Shown here piece by piece: positions 1 to 12,700 of a stretch of 64,000 nt of DNA. The number at the start of each line of letters is the position of its first letter. Positions within the stretch are counted from its first letter, which is position 1. The stretch covers positions 47,120,001 to 47,184,000 of the forward strand of contig OX597836.1 of the NCBI GenBank assembly GCA_951406725.2, read 5' to 3'. The notes below the pieces were generated by a model. The model was not told the DNA's origin. It ran no database searches and saw only the letters and a list, made by a program, of their open reading frames with translations. The DNA comes from Octopus vulgaris. Its lineage: Eukaryota. The translations under genes and the position numbers were made by a program.

Positions 1-637
1 CCTGTGTAAGTATGAGTGTGAGTGTGCGTATGTGTGCACGTGCGTTTGTGGGTACATTAATATATGTATAAAGTAAAGAGTTGGTTTCAGAGAATCAATC
101 GGGATTTACGGTTACAACTCCTACAATGAATCGGCTATCAGCTTACGTACATAGTAATTACCTTATGATATACTTTCACCTGCCCACACAACCGAAACTC
201 TAGGACATGCAAGCAGTAAATATTTCAACGGTTTCCTTTACAATCGAAATTTCGAATTTTTCCTTTCCCTATACAATGTGCATAAAAAGAATGTATTTTT
301 TGTGTAACAGTTGTATTCTGGATGTATCCATGACGTTCCTGGATGCATATTATATACATGCATATGAGTTAGTTTTCTCTATTATACATCTCTATGTGAA
401 CATACAATTATATAATACTAAATATACATTTGATGTAAAATATATGTATTTAGTTTAGAATGTTCAAACCAATATATTACGTGAAGAAGATTATGAAACG
501 GCTGCAATCTTCTGGAGATCAAATGGAAATGTTAAATCTGTAGACACCTCTCATACTTTCTGATTTTATAAATATATGCATACATTGATGTAGGGGTATA
601 TATATATATATATAGTGAGATATATATATATATATAT

Positions 638-705
638 GTTTTTATTATGGTCACACAGGGCTAAACACAGAAAATAGACGAAATACAATGTAGAGTTTTT
701 CTTTT
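638..705 (-). mobile_element. Short 3' end of a non-LTR retrotransposon beside (TA)n (same family as 11190-11490)
   Basis: Reverse complement aaaactctacattgtatttcgtctattttctgtgtttagccctgtgtgaccataataaaaacata aligns with 11428-11490. Confidence 0.45.
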
Positions 706-833
706 CGAGCTTATAAGCTCTACTACGTCAATGTTCTTAAAATTCAAATCAACATCTTTGTCTATATATCTACCTTCTCTATAATGTTATCAATTAATAT
801 GAAAATTATGTATTAATGGGAAACCTCTATAAA

Positions 834-916
834 TGGCTGATGATTGCTCAACATTTTAAAACATTGTAATACTTACAATATTTAATAAAATGATGTAGCG
901 TGAAACGATCGTACCA
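834..916 (+). ncRNA. Type I hammerhead ribozyme with extended stem II
   Basis: TGG-CTGATGA(837-843), long AT-rich stem II, GAAA(902-905), palindromic ACGATCGT, GTA triplet (911-913), then CCA pairing with TGG. Confidence 0.65.
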
Positions 917-974
917 AATTACCGGAGATATTCTTGTTGCTTATTTTGGTAATATATATATATAACAGAGATAA

Positions 975-1069
975 CAGAGTGACGCAAGGTCCGAGAGTTT
1001 CGTGCGTTGGCACTTATCAAAGTTTGATAAGTGCCAACGCACAAAAATCTCTGACCCTGAGTCACTCTG
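975..1069. repeat. Fold-back element whose arms are degenerate hammerhead motifs
   Basis: Imperfect inverted repeat centred ~1021; arm reads AGT-TTGATAA-GTGC-caac-GCAC-(G)AAA-CTC..GAG-TC-ACT. Confidence 0.6.
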
Positions 1070-1230
1070 ATACTTCAGCTAAATACTAATAAAAGTATAC
1101 ATATACTCTTATTTTGAGTTCAATTTTTCCACTTTGCACCAACTGTCCACCTTTGTATCATCTATCTGTCCGAATGTTTTAATGTCCTTTATTGCGTTTT
1201 GTTCCATATATATATATATAGCGGCGTACG

Positions 1231-1309
<79 letters not shown>

Positions 1310-1313
<4 letters not shown>

Positions 1314-1481
1314 CTTTACTACCCACAAGGGGCTAAACACAGAGGCAACAAACAAGGACAGACAAAGGGATTAAGTTGATTACATGGCCCCCAGTGCGTA
1401 GCTGGTACTTAATTTAACGACCCCGAAAGGATGAAAGGCAAAGTCGACCTCGGCTGAATTTGAACTCATAACGTAACGACA
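1310..1481 (-). mobile_element. SINE family C (tRNA head, Nin/Deu-like central domain), truncated
   Basis: gccttcatcctttcggggtcg-type central domain and B-box; matches copies at 38003-38765. Confidence 0.8.
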
Positions 1482-1543
1482 GAGCACAAGGGTGTACGTA
1501 CGCCGCTATATATATATAGCGGCGTACGTACACCCTTGTGCTC
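1482..1543. repeat. Perfect 62-bp palindrome centred on (TA)n
   Basis: gagcacaagggtgtacgtacgccgctatata|tatatagcggcgtacgtacacccttgtgctc. Confidence 0.9.
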
Positions 1544-2305
1544 ACCTTATAGTAGGTATGTATCTAATTTTGTACGACTCTTACTCTATCTTTTATTCCC
1601 CTCTCATTTTTCTTCCTTTTTCTCGCTCCCCCTCACTCACATTTATTGGCCCTATCTTTAACTCCCACTATTTCCCACTCGTTTATCTCCCCTGTACCTT
1701 TCTCTTTGTCTCTAATTTTTTTCTAATCCTTTAATCCCTCTATCCCTTACCCATCTCTCCTCCTTCCACGTGACCGGTGTCCGGTCAGCCATAATCTTTC
1801 TTTCTTGACTTGACTGCCGACCACCAACACCTCTTATGACCATCTCCTATGTTCCTGCCTTTAGGCTTTCACTTCATACACGCCAGCTCAATTTGATTCG
1901 TTCTCAGTCGAAAGACACCCGTTGTTATTTCTTGTTGTTTGTATTTGTAATTCTGTACCATGTTCTCCGTTGTTTTGTTTGTTTGTTTTCTTTTTGTCTT
2001 TGCTGCCGTACATATGCGCTAGCTTTCTTACAAAGGGGTCTAATTCTCTTAGCTTAGACTTTTTGGGGGGCAACCAGATCGAACCATCTCAAGTGTAACT
2101 GTCCGAAATGGTCGTGACTTCTGGAACTTGACTGAGGAAAGAAAGCCACGAATGACCCGTATTTTTTTGCCTGTCCTTCTAATTGTTGTTTCTCTTGTCC
2201 GCCTTTGTATCGTCTGTCCGAATATTTTAATGTCTTCTATTGCGTCTTTGTTCCATTCTTATATTTATATCCATACACACACAAACACAAACACACACAC
2301 ATATG

Positions 2306-2348
<43 letters not shown>

Positions 2349-3877
2349 AGGCACAAGCGTGACTGTGTGGTAAGAAGCTTGCTTCCCAACCACAAGGTTC
2401 TAGGTTCAGTCCCATTGCATGGTACCTTGGGCAAGTATCTTATACTATAGCCTCGGGCCGACCAAAGCCTTGAGTGGATTTGTTTGATGGAACCCGAAAT
2501 AAGCCCGACGTGTATATATATTTATGTGTTTATGTCCTTGTGTCTGTGTTTTGTCCCCTAACATCGCTTGATGGTGTGTTTATGTCCCCGAAACGTTAGC
2601 GGTTCGGCAAAAGAGACCGATAGAATAAGTACTAGACTTATAAAAGAACTAGCAGTATAACCCGGCCTTGCTCGGGATTAAGTTACGATTATTAAGCTAA
2701 TCAAGTTTTATTTCAAACCAAACTAAGTAATATCGACATCAAATTTGGGCGAAAACCGTTGAAATTGGCTTATATATATCGCATATGTTTTTTGCACGCA
2801 TACATGTTCATAAACAGAAATGAATGGAAAAAATGTTGGTAAATTTGTAGATTAACACTCGCACGATTTTCACTATGAAAAAACATCGGGGTTTTTTGCG
2901 TGGAATCAACTACTCTGGTTTCCTGATATGCTACAAAACCATTTTTGTGGTCCGTAAAACAGAGTGGGGTGTGGTGGGAGCCTCGTAAATCGTACCCATT
3001 TATATTGTGTAATTCACTGACAAACTTTTACCTCTTTGTTTCTTTGTTGTTAAATAAATGGATTCTCAACAAAACACTTTTTTACTCGGCGAAAATAAAA
3101 GCAAAACTCTTTCGCACCCAATGTGTGTGTGAGAGAGAGAGGGGGGGAAGATGAACGATTTAAAATAAATGATTTAAAATAAATATATTGTAATTGTTAT
3201 GTGAGAAAGTGTATATAATCTGATTATAAAATATAGTGTCTTTCAAAAACATCCTAAATTTGAACACTATATCTCGTGTTTAAGAAAAAACAAAACATTT
3301 TACATTTTATTTTTTATGAACGCTGTCAAACTCTCCTTCTCTTTCTCTCGCTCACTTTGTCTTTGCCCTTTTTGTTAGACGCTGTCAAATAATCTTCCTC
3401 TCTTCCACTTTTCTTTACCTTTTTTTTTTTTTTGTTAGACGCTGTCAAACTATCTCCCACTTTTCCTTACACATACGTTTTCTTTACTTTTTTTGCTAGA
3501 CGTTGTTAAACACTCTCTCTCCCTCACATACATTCTTTCGCTTTGCTATGGCTAAAAGGGACTTAACGCATGTTAGCAACCTTCAAAATTGGTAAAAGCT
3601 ATGGCTGAAAATAGATTTTTACCGCTATCCGCGGGTGACACGGGAAAAAATAAGTTAGCAAAACCCAAGTAGGATGTTGACGAATGTCCTCCTAAAATTG
3701 GAGCGACATGCGTACTAAGTTGTGGACGTACATAAATTACAATCACATACACACACACACACACACACCATGCCTTTTATAGATACAGATAAGCCCTGGG
3801 TCGATTTGTTCGACTAAAGGCGGTGCTCCAGCATGGCCATAGTCAAATGACTGAAACGTATAAAAGAGTAAAAGAAA
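2349..3877 (+). mobile_element. SINE family A (tRNA head, CORE-like domain, internal microsatellite), split by a Helitron at 2648/3790
   Basis: 2349-2648 and 3790-3877 rejoin to the family consensus aaagaa^taagtcctggggtcg. Confidence 0.85.
2649..3789 (-). mobile_element. Non-autonomous Helitron
   Basis: Minus strand starts TC (3789), ends with hairpin cccgagcaaggccggg then CTAG (2649); inserted between A and T with no TSD; internal repeats of ttttgttagacgctgtcaaa. Confidence 0.8.
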
Positions 3878-3927
3878 CATATATATATATCACGTGATCA
3901 CGTGATATATATATATATGTTTCTTTT

Positions 3928-4235
3928 GGAGGCGCAATGGCCTAGTGGTTAGGGCAGCGGACTCGCGGTCGCAGGATCGCGGTTTCGATTCCCAGACCGG
4001 GCGTTGTGTGTTTATTGAGCGAAAACACTTAAAAGCTCCACGATGCTCCGGCAGGGAGTGGTGATCCCTGCTGTACTCTTTCGCCACAACTTTCTCCCAC
4101 TCTTTCTTCTGTTTGCCTGCTCGCTTAGCCAGCGGGGTGGCGTCATTCGAAGGCTAAAAAAACAATGTGAGTGCATTGTGACCAGCGATGTGTAACAACA
4201 TCTGATGGTCTGGTCGGTCATGTGATCACGTGATA
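3928..4235 (+). mobile_element. SINE head B (tRNA-Arg-like, TCG) with tail 1
   Basis: A-box tggcctagtgg, B-box ggtttcgattccc; tail gaccagcgatgtgtaacaacatctgat...gatcacgtgat. Confidence 0.8.
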
Positions 4236-4262
4236 TATAGATAGATAGATAGATAGATAGAT

Positions 4263-4326
<64 letters not shown>

Positions 4327-4814
4327 GTTACACACACATAGGCCTACATACAAATGCATACATAAGTAAATACATGCACAGATGTCTCAGCTCGCTCCAT
4401 GCAGCTCAGTCATTCTGGCATAACAGAGACTTTAAAAGCATCCAACGATGTGAGCCTCGACAAACTTGGCTTCTCCCACAGCGACGCGATATAAACTCTA
4501 CACATATTGCAAAATCACTCTTACCACACTACAACCTCTCGGGAACAACTTTTAGTAATATTTCTTATAAACTTTAGGTTCCGCAAATATATATTTTTCA
4601 ATTATTTTTTTTTGCCTTCTACAATGCACTAGTACGCTCCAAAATTATAAACCATTCGTATATCGGAAACCGCGGGAGATCCACGCAAATTCTGGACCGT
4701 TCAAAGCAGAGGCCGTTCGATATCTAGACAATAGTGACCCTACCGTTGCTCCTCCGACCTAAATTGTAATTCATCTTTATGTTCAACCACCATCGTTGCA
4801 ATCCTTACCACTAA

Positions 4815-4947
<133 letters not shown>

Positions 4948-5613
4948 ATACTGCCACTATTTTTCTAATCACCACTGTCAGCAAAGCCCTCTTGACACAT
5001 CCGCCTTTTCAACGCATCATCCCTGCAGCGCTTCACTTCCAATATCTCTCTTAGGAAATACACACGCATCTTCTCCCCCTCGTAACTTCAATAGTCAGCC
5101 TATTCCCTCGTTTCATACAATTTTCCGCCAAACAGAAACCCTGCCTACAAAAGACTCAAAGCGAACATCAATAAGATTACCGCCAGTCTGTAAGGTTGAG
5201 CATATTTGCTATGGGGTTTTGCCGTGGACTAATAAACGAAACAGAACCTTCCCGTGCGAAGTGTTTGCATATTCCGTGCGTTTACATATAATCGTTTGTT
5301 AACTTTATACATTTAACGATGGAATATCTAAAGACAGATATACTTGTCTTCACATACGAACTGTGTGACACATATAGCGATAGTGATAATGCACACACAT
5401 ATGTTTGCACATACTCCTATCGTTTCATCCGAAAATAGTTATACAAATAGAAATATAAGTATTTAGCTTCGTTACGCAAACCGTATAAATACGTGTGTGT
5501 TTGAGTATACATATATTTATGCTTGTGTGTATGTATGTGCACGCGCGTGTATACACATACACACACACCCACACACACATATATATATACACATGTATGT
5601 GTGTATAGTGTAT

Positions 5614-5659
<46 letters not shown>

Positions 5660-5740
5660 GCACGCGCGTGTATACACATACACACACACCCACACACACA
5701 TATATATATATACACATGTATGTGTGTATAGTGTATACAT

Positions 5741-5779
<39 letters not shown>

Positions 5780-5874
5780 AGTAGATAGAGAGTGAGAGGG
5801 AGAGAGAGAGAGGGAGAGAGAGAGAACGATAGATAGATAGATACATATATATATATTGATAGACAGACAGACAG

Positions 5875-5991
<117 letters not shown>

Positions 5992-6001
5992 ACGATAGAA
6001 C

Positions 6002-6137
<136 letters not shown>

Positions 6138-6532
6138 CCTGGCTATGCTCAATCCTCCGTGTTTTCTCTATCATCAATAGATTATGAATATTAGCCTTAC
6201 TTGCCCCAATAGGAACAAGAGCTACTTCCTGTCCGCACAATTATTTATGGGGTGAAAATACAATGGTTGAATAAACAAACAGGTTACGCTCGATTGGCCA
6301 TCTTCTCCAAAACGCTGCACGACACTTGCCATAGTTTGCAGAATCCAAGTTTCGATGTAAATGGTTACCGCTATAATAGATACTTATTTGTTATAAGCAT
6401 CATGGCTAATTTAAAGGATTATGGGCAGATGCTTTTGTTATATATTGCATACACAATCAAAGCCTGCATGTAGCGATTGACGAATTTCTTTTGTGTGTCT
6501 TTATGTATGATGTATATATATATATATATATT

Positions 6533-6621
<89 letters not shown>

Positions 6622-6702
6622 TTATCATTTGAGGGAATAAAATCCAAATTTAAAAGTAAAAAATTCAATTTAGAAATACTAAATCAAATTTCACACAATA
6701 TA

Positions 6703-6763
<61 letters not shown>

Positions 6764-6771
<8 letters not shown>

Positions 6772-7068
6772 TAGAAAAAAAAACACCTTTTATCAATTCA
6801 AAATGAACAATTAATTTACACCATCTAGAAAATTACATATAATAGAAATATTAAAATTAAAATAACAATAAAATGTCAATCATTAAGTAAATTGCAAAAA
6901 ATAATAATAACGTATATAATAGGTATATATATTTTTTGCAATTTACTTAATCATTGACATTTTATTGTTATTTTAATTTCAATATTTCTATTATATGTAA
7001 TTTTCTAGATGGTGTAAATTAATTGTTCATTTTGAATTGATAAAAGGTGGTTTTTTTCTAATTTTACA
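6764..7068. repeat. AT-rich fold-back element (~138-bp arms) between (TG)n and (TA)n
   Basis: tgtaaaattagaaaaaaaaacaccttttatcaattc... mirrored by ...gaattgataaaaggtggtttttttctaattttaca; single arms recur at ~22545-22640 and ~24950-25020. Confidence 0.85.
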
Positions 7069-7089
7069 TATATATATATATATATATAT

Positions 7090-7447
7090 TCTTTTACTTA
7101 TTTCAGTCATTTGACTGCGGCCATGCAGGAGCACCGCCTTTAGTCGAGCAAATCGACTCCAGGACTTATTCTTTGTAAGCCTAGTACTTATTCTATTTGT
7201 TTCATATACCGAACCGTTAAGTTACGAGGACGTAAACACGCTAGCATCGGTTGTCAAGCGATGTTGGGTGGGGGGCAAACACGGATGCAAAAGCACATAC
7301 ACACACATATATATACATATAGGACGGGCTTCTTTCAGTTTCCGTCTACCAAATCCACTCACAAAGCTATAGTAGAAGACACTTACCCAAGGTTCCACGC
7401 ATGTGACTGGTAAGCAAGCTACTTACGACACAGCCACTCCTGCACCT
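7090..7447 (-). mobile_element. SINE family A
   Basis: Matches family A consensus with internal deletions. Confidence 0.85.
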
Positions 7448-7460
7448 ATATACATATATA

Positions 7461-7511
<51 letters not shown>

Positions 7512-7585
7512 GGTCAGTAGTTCATATATCCGAAAAATTAGGCACATTCTAAAACATTAGAGCAGTAGGATTTATTTAGATGGTA

Positions 7586-7752
7586 GTGTTTTAAGGTCAG
7601 TCAGAGAGTGACCATTGGTTACGCACCTATAAAACGCTTAGCTATATATGTGACTCGTCAGGTGCCTCCGGCCATTTCATTCTGACCTGCCGCCAATACA
7701 GCTTTATAGGTGTTAAACCAATGTTTACTCCCTGACCGGCCATGACAAACAC
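7586..7752. repeat. Degenerate fold-back element with a partial hammerhead core in the spacer
   Basis: gtcagagagtgaccattggttacgcacctataaa vs tttataggtgttaaaccaatgtttactccctgac; CTGACGAGTC on minus at ~7653-7662 with no matching GAAA. Confidence 0.5.
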
Positions 7753-8199
7753 CCTCTTATCAACATATCTATCTATACGCGCGCGCACACACACACACAT
7801 ACACGCGCACACATATGTAGTATCTAAAATAGTTTTATTCGGCTCCTTGTGACTTAAAGATTCGCAAGCCTCTAACAGAAACCCGTTTTAAATAATATAT
7901 GTAACTTCTATTAAATGTGTTGAATGTTCTTCCCTTTCGTTTGTCCACTTCCTCGTGTATGTATATATAATAACAATATAATAATTAAAACATATGCATA
8001 TATACATACATATATGTACATACCTACATCTATATGTATATATACATGCATATATGGGTACAGGACACCAAATAAAAAACGTAGAACACAACAAGAAACG
8101 AAAACATAAAAATAAAAACATGGAAACGGACATTTTTAAACAACGAAAAAACAGAATACAAGACATAAAACACAAGGAATATTCCCCTTCTTTAGCTGC

Positions 8200-8252
<53 letters not shown>

Positions 8253-8260
8253 GAAGTTTA

Positions 8261-8296
<36 letters not shown>

Positions 8297-8396
8297 AAGT
8301 TAATCCAAACAAGAAAACACAAAAAAACACAACAACGCGAGGACGTGGAACAAATATAGTATTATTGGACGCTCAGGAAAGAAGGGAAGAAGGAGG

Positions 8397-8431
8397 GTTT
8401 AACGTTTCGAGCGGAGCTCTTCGTCGGAAAC
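8397..8431 (-). ncRNA. Minimal type I hammerhead-like motif (core CCGACGA)
   Basis: GTTT-CCGACGA-A-GAGC-tcc-GCTC-GAAACGTT-AAAC. Confidence 0.6.
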
Positions 8432-8461
8432 ATAGGAGAAGGAAAGATCCAGAGAAGGGAA

Positions 8462-8850
8462 AGGCGCAGGAGTGGTTGTGTGGTAAGTAGCTTGCTTACC
8501 AACCACATAGTTCGGGGTTCAGTCCCACTGCGTGGCACCTTGGGCAAGTGTCTTCTACTATAGCCTCGGGCCAACCAAAACCTTGTGAGTGGATTTGGTA
8601 GGCGGAAACTGAAAGAAGCCCATCGTGTATATATGTGAACGCGCGTGTGTGCGTGTATGTATGTACATGTTTGTGTGTCTGTGTTTGCCCCCCCCCCCCC
8701 CCACCACCACCACCAACATCACTTGACAACTGATGCTGGTGTATTTGCTCCTCGTCACTTAGCGTTTCGGCAAGAGAACCGATAAGTACTAGGCTTATAA
8801 GGAATAAGTCCTGGGATCGATTTGCTCGATGAAACAAATAAAAGAATATA
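8462..8850 (+). mobile_element. SINE family A
   Basis: aggcgcaggagtggttgtgtggtaag head, CORE-like caccttgggcaagtgtcttc, family tail. Confidence 0.9.
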
Positions 8851-9595
8851 ACAATAAAAGTATGTATATATATAAATTCCTCCTCGTAATGATTTTGCTT
8901 TCATTTTATGATAGACAGCTATCATGCAGAAAATGCCAGCTTCCAAATCCTGGTTTCTGATTAGGTAAAATTGACAAAACTTTGAACCTCAGTAACATAA
9001 GTCTTGCTAGCAGAATAGAATATGTTGTGCTGAGATCAAATGAGGAGGCTTATTACTTTTAACATTTGTTTAATAACAAAGGCCAGTTCCATCTGCGCCG
9101 TGTTCATTAAAAACAAACGACAAATGGAATAGCTGAATTTTCTAATCATTATTTCCGTTGCTTAGATTTTGCCAACCCTAGAGAGAGGTTTTAACAACAC
9201 TTTGAACTAACTACAAATTGCTGGTATAACTTCAACGAACATTTTCCCACCTACTATAATCCGTATATGATGTTCTGCTGTACGTATCGGGAAAGTGTCA
9301 ACCTGTTGAATGCTGTGACAACATTTCACGTTATAACACATCGGTTTCAGTATGTTAATTAAACATATCTCATTAGCTCAATCCAACTAGTTTTAGGAAA
9401 GGTGTCAATAAAAATATTCACTTTCATCTTTATAATGGGTCTAATTTTAATTGATTAGATGTACTGCGAGGAGAAAGATCACCACATTAAGTATGCTAGC
9501 ACACACACATGCGGGCGCACATGCATATACGTATACGCACGCACACACGCATACATACATATACACGCGCGCACACGCATTCATACATATATGCA

Positions 9596-9631
<36 letters not shown>

Positions 9632-9633
9632 TT

Positions 9634-9675
<42 letters not shown>

Positions 9676-9761
9676 AGAATTTAAAAAAAAACAAAAGCCG
9701 AAGGCAGGTAGTGTAGACAACAAGCAGATGTATAAATTTAACGCTCTGGAAGTGAAAAAGT

Positions 9762-9797
9762 CTTTAACGGTTCGAGCCTACGCTCTTCCACAGAAAG
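9762..9797 (-). ncRNA. Degenerate minimal type I hammerhead-like motif (related to 8397-8431)
   Basis: CTTT-CTGTGGA-A-GAGC-gtag-GCTC-GAACCGTT-AAAG. Confidence 0.45.
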
Positions 9798-10958
9798 GAA
9801 CACAGAAAGAAATAAAGAGAAAAAATGAAGAATGTGTATGGTTAGTGATCTATCATGGCGAATGCCGGACAGAAGGGGGTCACGCAGGAGAACTAGGAAG
9901 AAGGGGAGATAATAAAGTAGTGGTGATCCCAAAACGAAGGTGCGCATGCGTATGCATAAGAGAGTATGTATGTGCGTGTGGAGGAGAGCTGATGACCTTG
10001 ATGTGTGCGTGTGTGTGTAGGTGTGTCGATGACGGTGTGGGACTGGGAAGTGGTCAGTGCAACAGTTATGATGTCTGTATATTCGTATGTATGTATGTAT
10101 ATTTGTTATATGTCACGTATGAGTTTAAAAGAGCGGTCTGTATATCATACTCAAAGCAGATACATCATTGAAAGCCTAACTGCGGCATTCATCCTGATAT
10201 AGTATCTTTTATGGACGTACTATGTCAAAAGACAAAAGATATATCAGTAGATATATCCAGCATCGACGGTGGCATTGCTAAATGCACATTTCTGCCTGTT
10301 TGCGTTTCATCAACAGCAAATATTCACTAGCAACTGCGTGCTACGACAAAATCCGGCTCTATTGATTTAGTAAAGCAATGATGAAAAAACTTTAAAAAAC
10401 TTTAAAAATCTGTGGTATATGAATTCTTTTATTCAGTCTGCTGTTTAATAGTGACATCTGTGATTTTTTTTCCAGTAGCTGTTTCACTTAAAAAGACCGG
10501 TCTAGTTTGATGACAGAATGAGTCTCACAAAATTGAAATGAGTTTCAACTCGTGAATCTAAAAGCTATTCGCAATATTGTAATCTGTAAAAAGATTTCTT
10601 TCTTTCCTTTTATTTTTCATTAACAAAGATTCGAAAACAACCTTTCGATAATACAAGAAATAGAAATAAAAATTTCCTTTTATCTGTAACTCGTGTTTAA
10701 ACCATGTTCTCACAGAAACAAATCTGAGCGTGATTTTACGTGTAAATAAGTTAGAATGTGTTGGAGCAAGAGAAATGGCAAGTGATGTGCAAACCTGAAG
10801 CAACCAACTACTCAACGGAATGACCAGTGTTGTGCAAACAATTCTGAAGCAATCAAGCACTGATATAAGATAGGTAGGGAGAAAATAAAGCATCTACCTA
10901 TCTATCTACCTATCTATCTATGTATCTATCTATCTACCTATCTATCTATCTATCTATG

Positions 10959-10996
<38 letters not shown>

Positions 10997-10997
10997 C

Positions 10998-11052
<55 letters not shown>

Positions 11053-11189
11053 AAGATGGGTGAATGTAGCAAGGATGGCACGTATGAATGACGAAGCCAC
11101 CTTGACTATGATTCTATGAACCGTAAAAATTAATACAGAGAGTTGCTTATTTGCAAAAAAAAAAAAAGAAATATAACATGTGACTTCAT

Positions 11190-11488
11190 TGACCGAGGTT
11201 ACCGTGGTCTTTTCCGTAGGCTTTTCTTTCCACGGTTAAACCTCACCTGTCCTCCCCTTTACACTTCATATTGACATTTCTGTGATAACGATCCCTATTG
11301 ATCAAATTTTTTTCCTTCCCCCCACTTTTTTTTATTTTATTTTATCCCCACCTTTTTTGTCCTCTTTCTTTCCATTTACGATCCCTTTTGATCGAAAACC
11401 AAACCCCCTTCTTTTACCCCCAAAAGAAAAGCTCTACCTTGTAATTTTGACCTGTCTGTGTGCAGCCCTGTGTGCTAATAAAGAAACA

Positions 11489-11490
<2 letters not shown>
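11190..11490 (+). mobile_element. Probable 3' UTR of a non-LTR retrotransposon ending in (ATCT)n
   Basis: Pyrimidine-rich UTR, AATAAA, then (TATC)n tail; second copy at 638-705. Confidence 0.45.
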
Positions 11491-11538
<48 letters not shown>

Positions 11539-11578
11539 CCTATCTACCTACCTATCTATCTATCTATCTATATATATG

Positions 11579-11618
<40 letters not shown>

Positions 11619-11619
11619 C

Positions 11620-11671
<52 letters not shown>

Positions 11672-12117
11672 TTATGTAGCTAGCTATGTGTTTATGCGTG
11701 CTGTTGTTGTTGTTGTTGCTACTGCTGCTGCTAAAACTGTTACATGCAGTGATATTGTCTCAATATTTGGTGAGAGCAAGTCTCTTCTAATCTCAAAAGT
11801 TCTTAGAATTCTTGTTGAATACTGGATGGTATTTTTCTGCAGGACGACAATGCGACTCTCAATTGCAATACCCTTCAGCTCCTTAGGTAGCACTTTGTGT
11901 GTTATTCTAAATGCAACAATTACCACGGGAATAATTGTCATTTTAAGTTTCACTGACTCTTCGTCCCTCCGGTCAGGTCCCAAGGTTTCTCAGGGGTTTT
12001 TTTTCAGTTTATCCACTCTATTATTACATGTTACAGCAAAGATATTATTTGATTTGTTTCTTTTGTCCTCTATAATACTATCCTTCTTCCTTCAATAGTA
12101 TAGTCAATAATTATTCT

Positions 12118-12180
12118 GGTCACTGCCTGGAATCGAACTCAGAATCTTGGGATTAGTAACCCGCGTTCTTAACCACTACA
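12118..12180 (-). mobile_element. tRNA-derived head fragment associated with the Penelope pLTR
   Basis: tgtagtggttaagaacgcgggttactaatcccaagattctgagttcgattccaggcagtgacc with A/B boxes; near-identical to 12701-12741. Confidence 0.7.
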
Positions 12181-12567
12181 GGGAAATCCCATAAAACCAT
12201 GTAATTCATATTCTCTATTACATCCTCTGGTTCATATTCATATCACTTCCTCGATGGTTAATACTTTCGTTTCCTTTCCCACATATTCTACCTTTTTCCT
12301 CTGACTAAGATTTATCCATCATTACCATTATCAAATACGTCCTAATTTCATAGTGTTTCGGTTTCTCGTTTCAGGTTTCCGGACATCAGACATAACAGTG
12401 TTTTTAAATCGGCCATGTAATTCTTTCGCTTTCAAGTAATTTGTTGTTTTCCTTTCTGTTCTTGAATTCTCTAAGGGTTTCAATAACCGTTGATATTCTT
12501 TCTTTATTTTTCAATTATGTACATTATTTACATTTGACGGATATTTGTCTTCATCTTATTTGTTGTT

Positions 12568-12613
12568 AACACAACGTTTCGGCTGATATACCCTCCAGCC
12601 TTCATCAGATGTC
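12568..12613 (-). ncRNA. Minimal type I hammerhead ribozyme (inverted pLTR)
   Basis: GACAT-CTGATGA-A-GGCTG-gagggtatat-CAGCC-GAAACGTT-GTGTT. Confidence 0.75.
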
Positions 12614-12652
12614 TTGGGGAAATGTCGAACCTGGGTTCTCATTCCTATGGTA

Positions 12653-12700
<48 letters not shown>

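Noticed and set aside
3928-4000. tRNA-Arg-like sequence (also 32134, 52291) and other A/B-box heads
   Set aside because: No proper acceptor stem, and each continues into a SINE body; SINE heads, not tRNA genes
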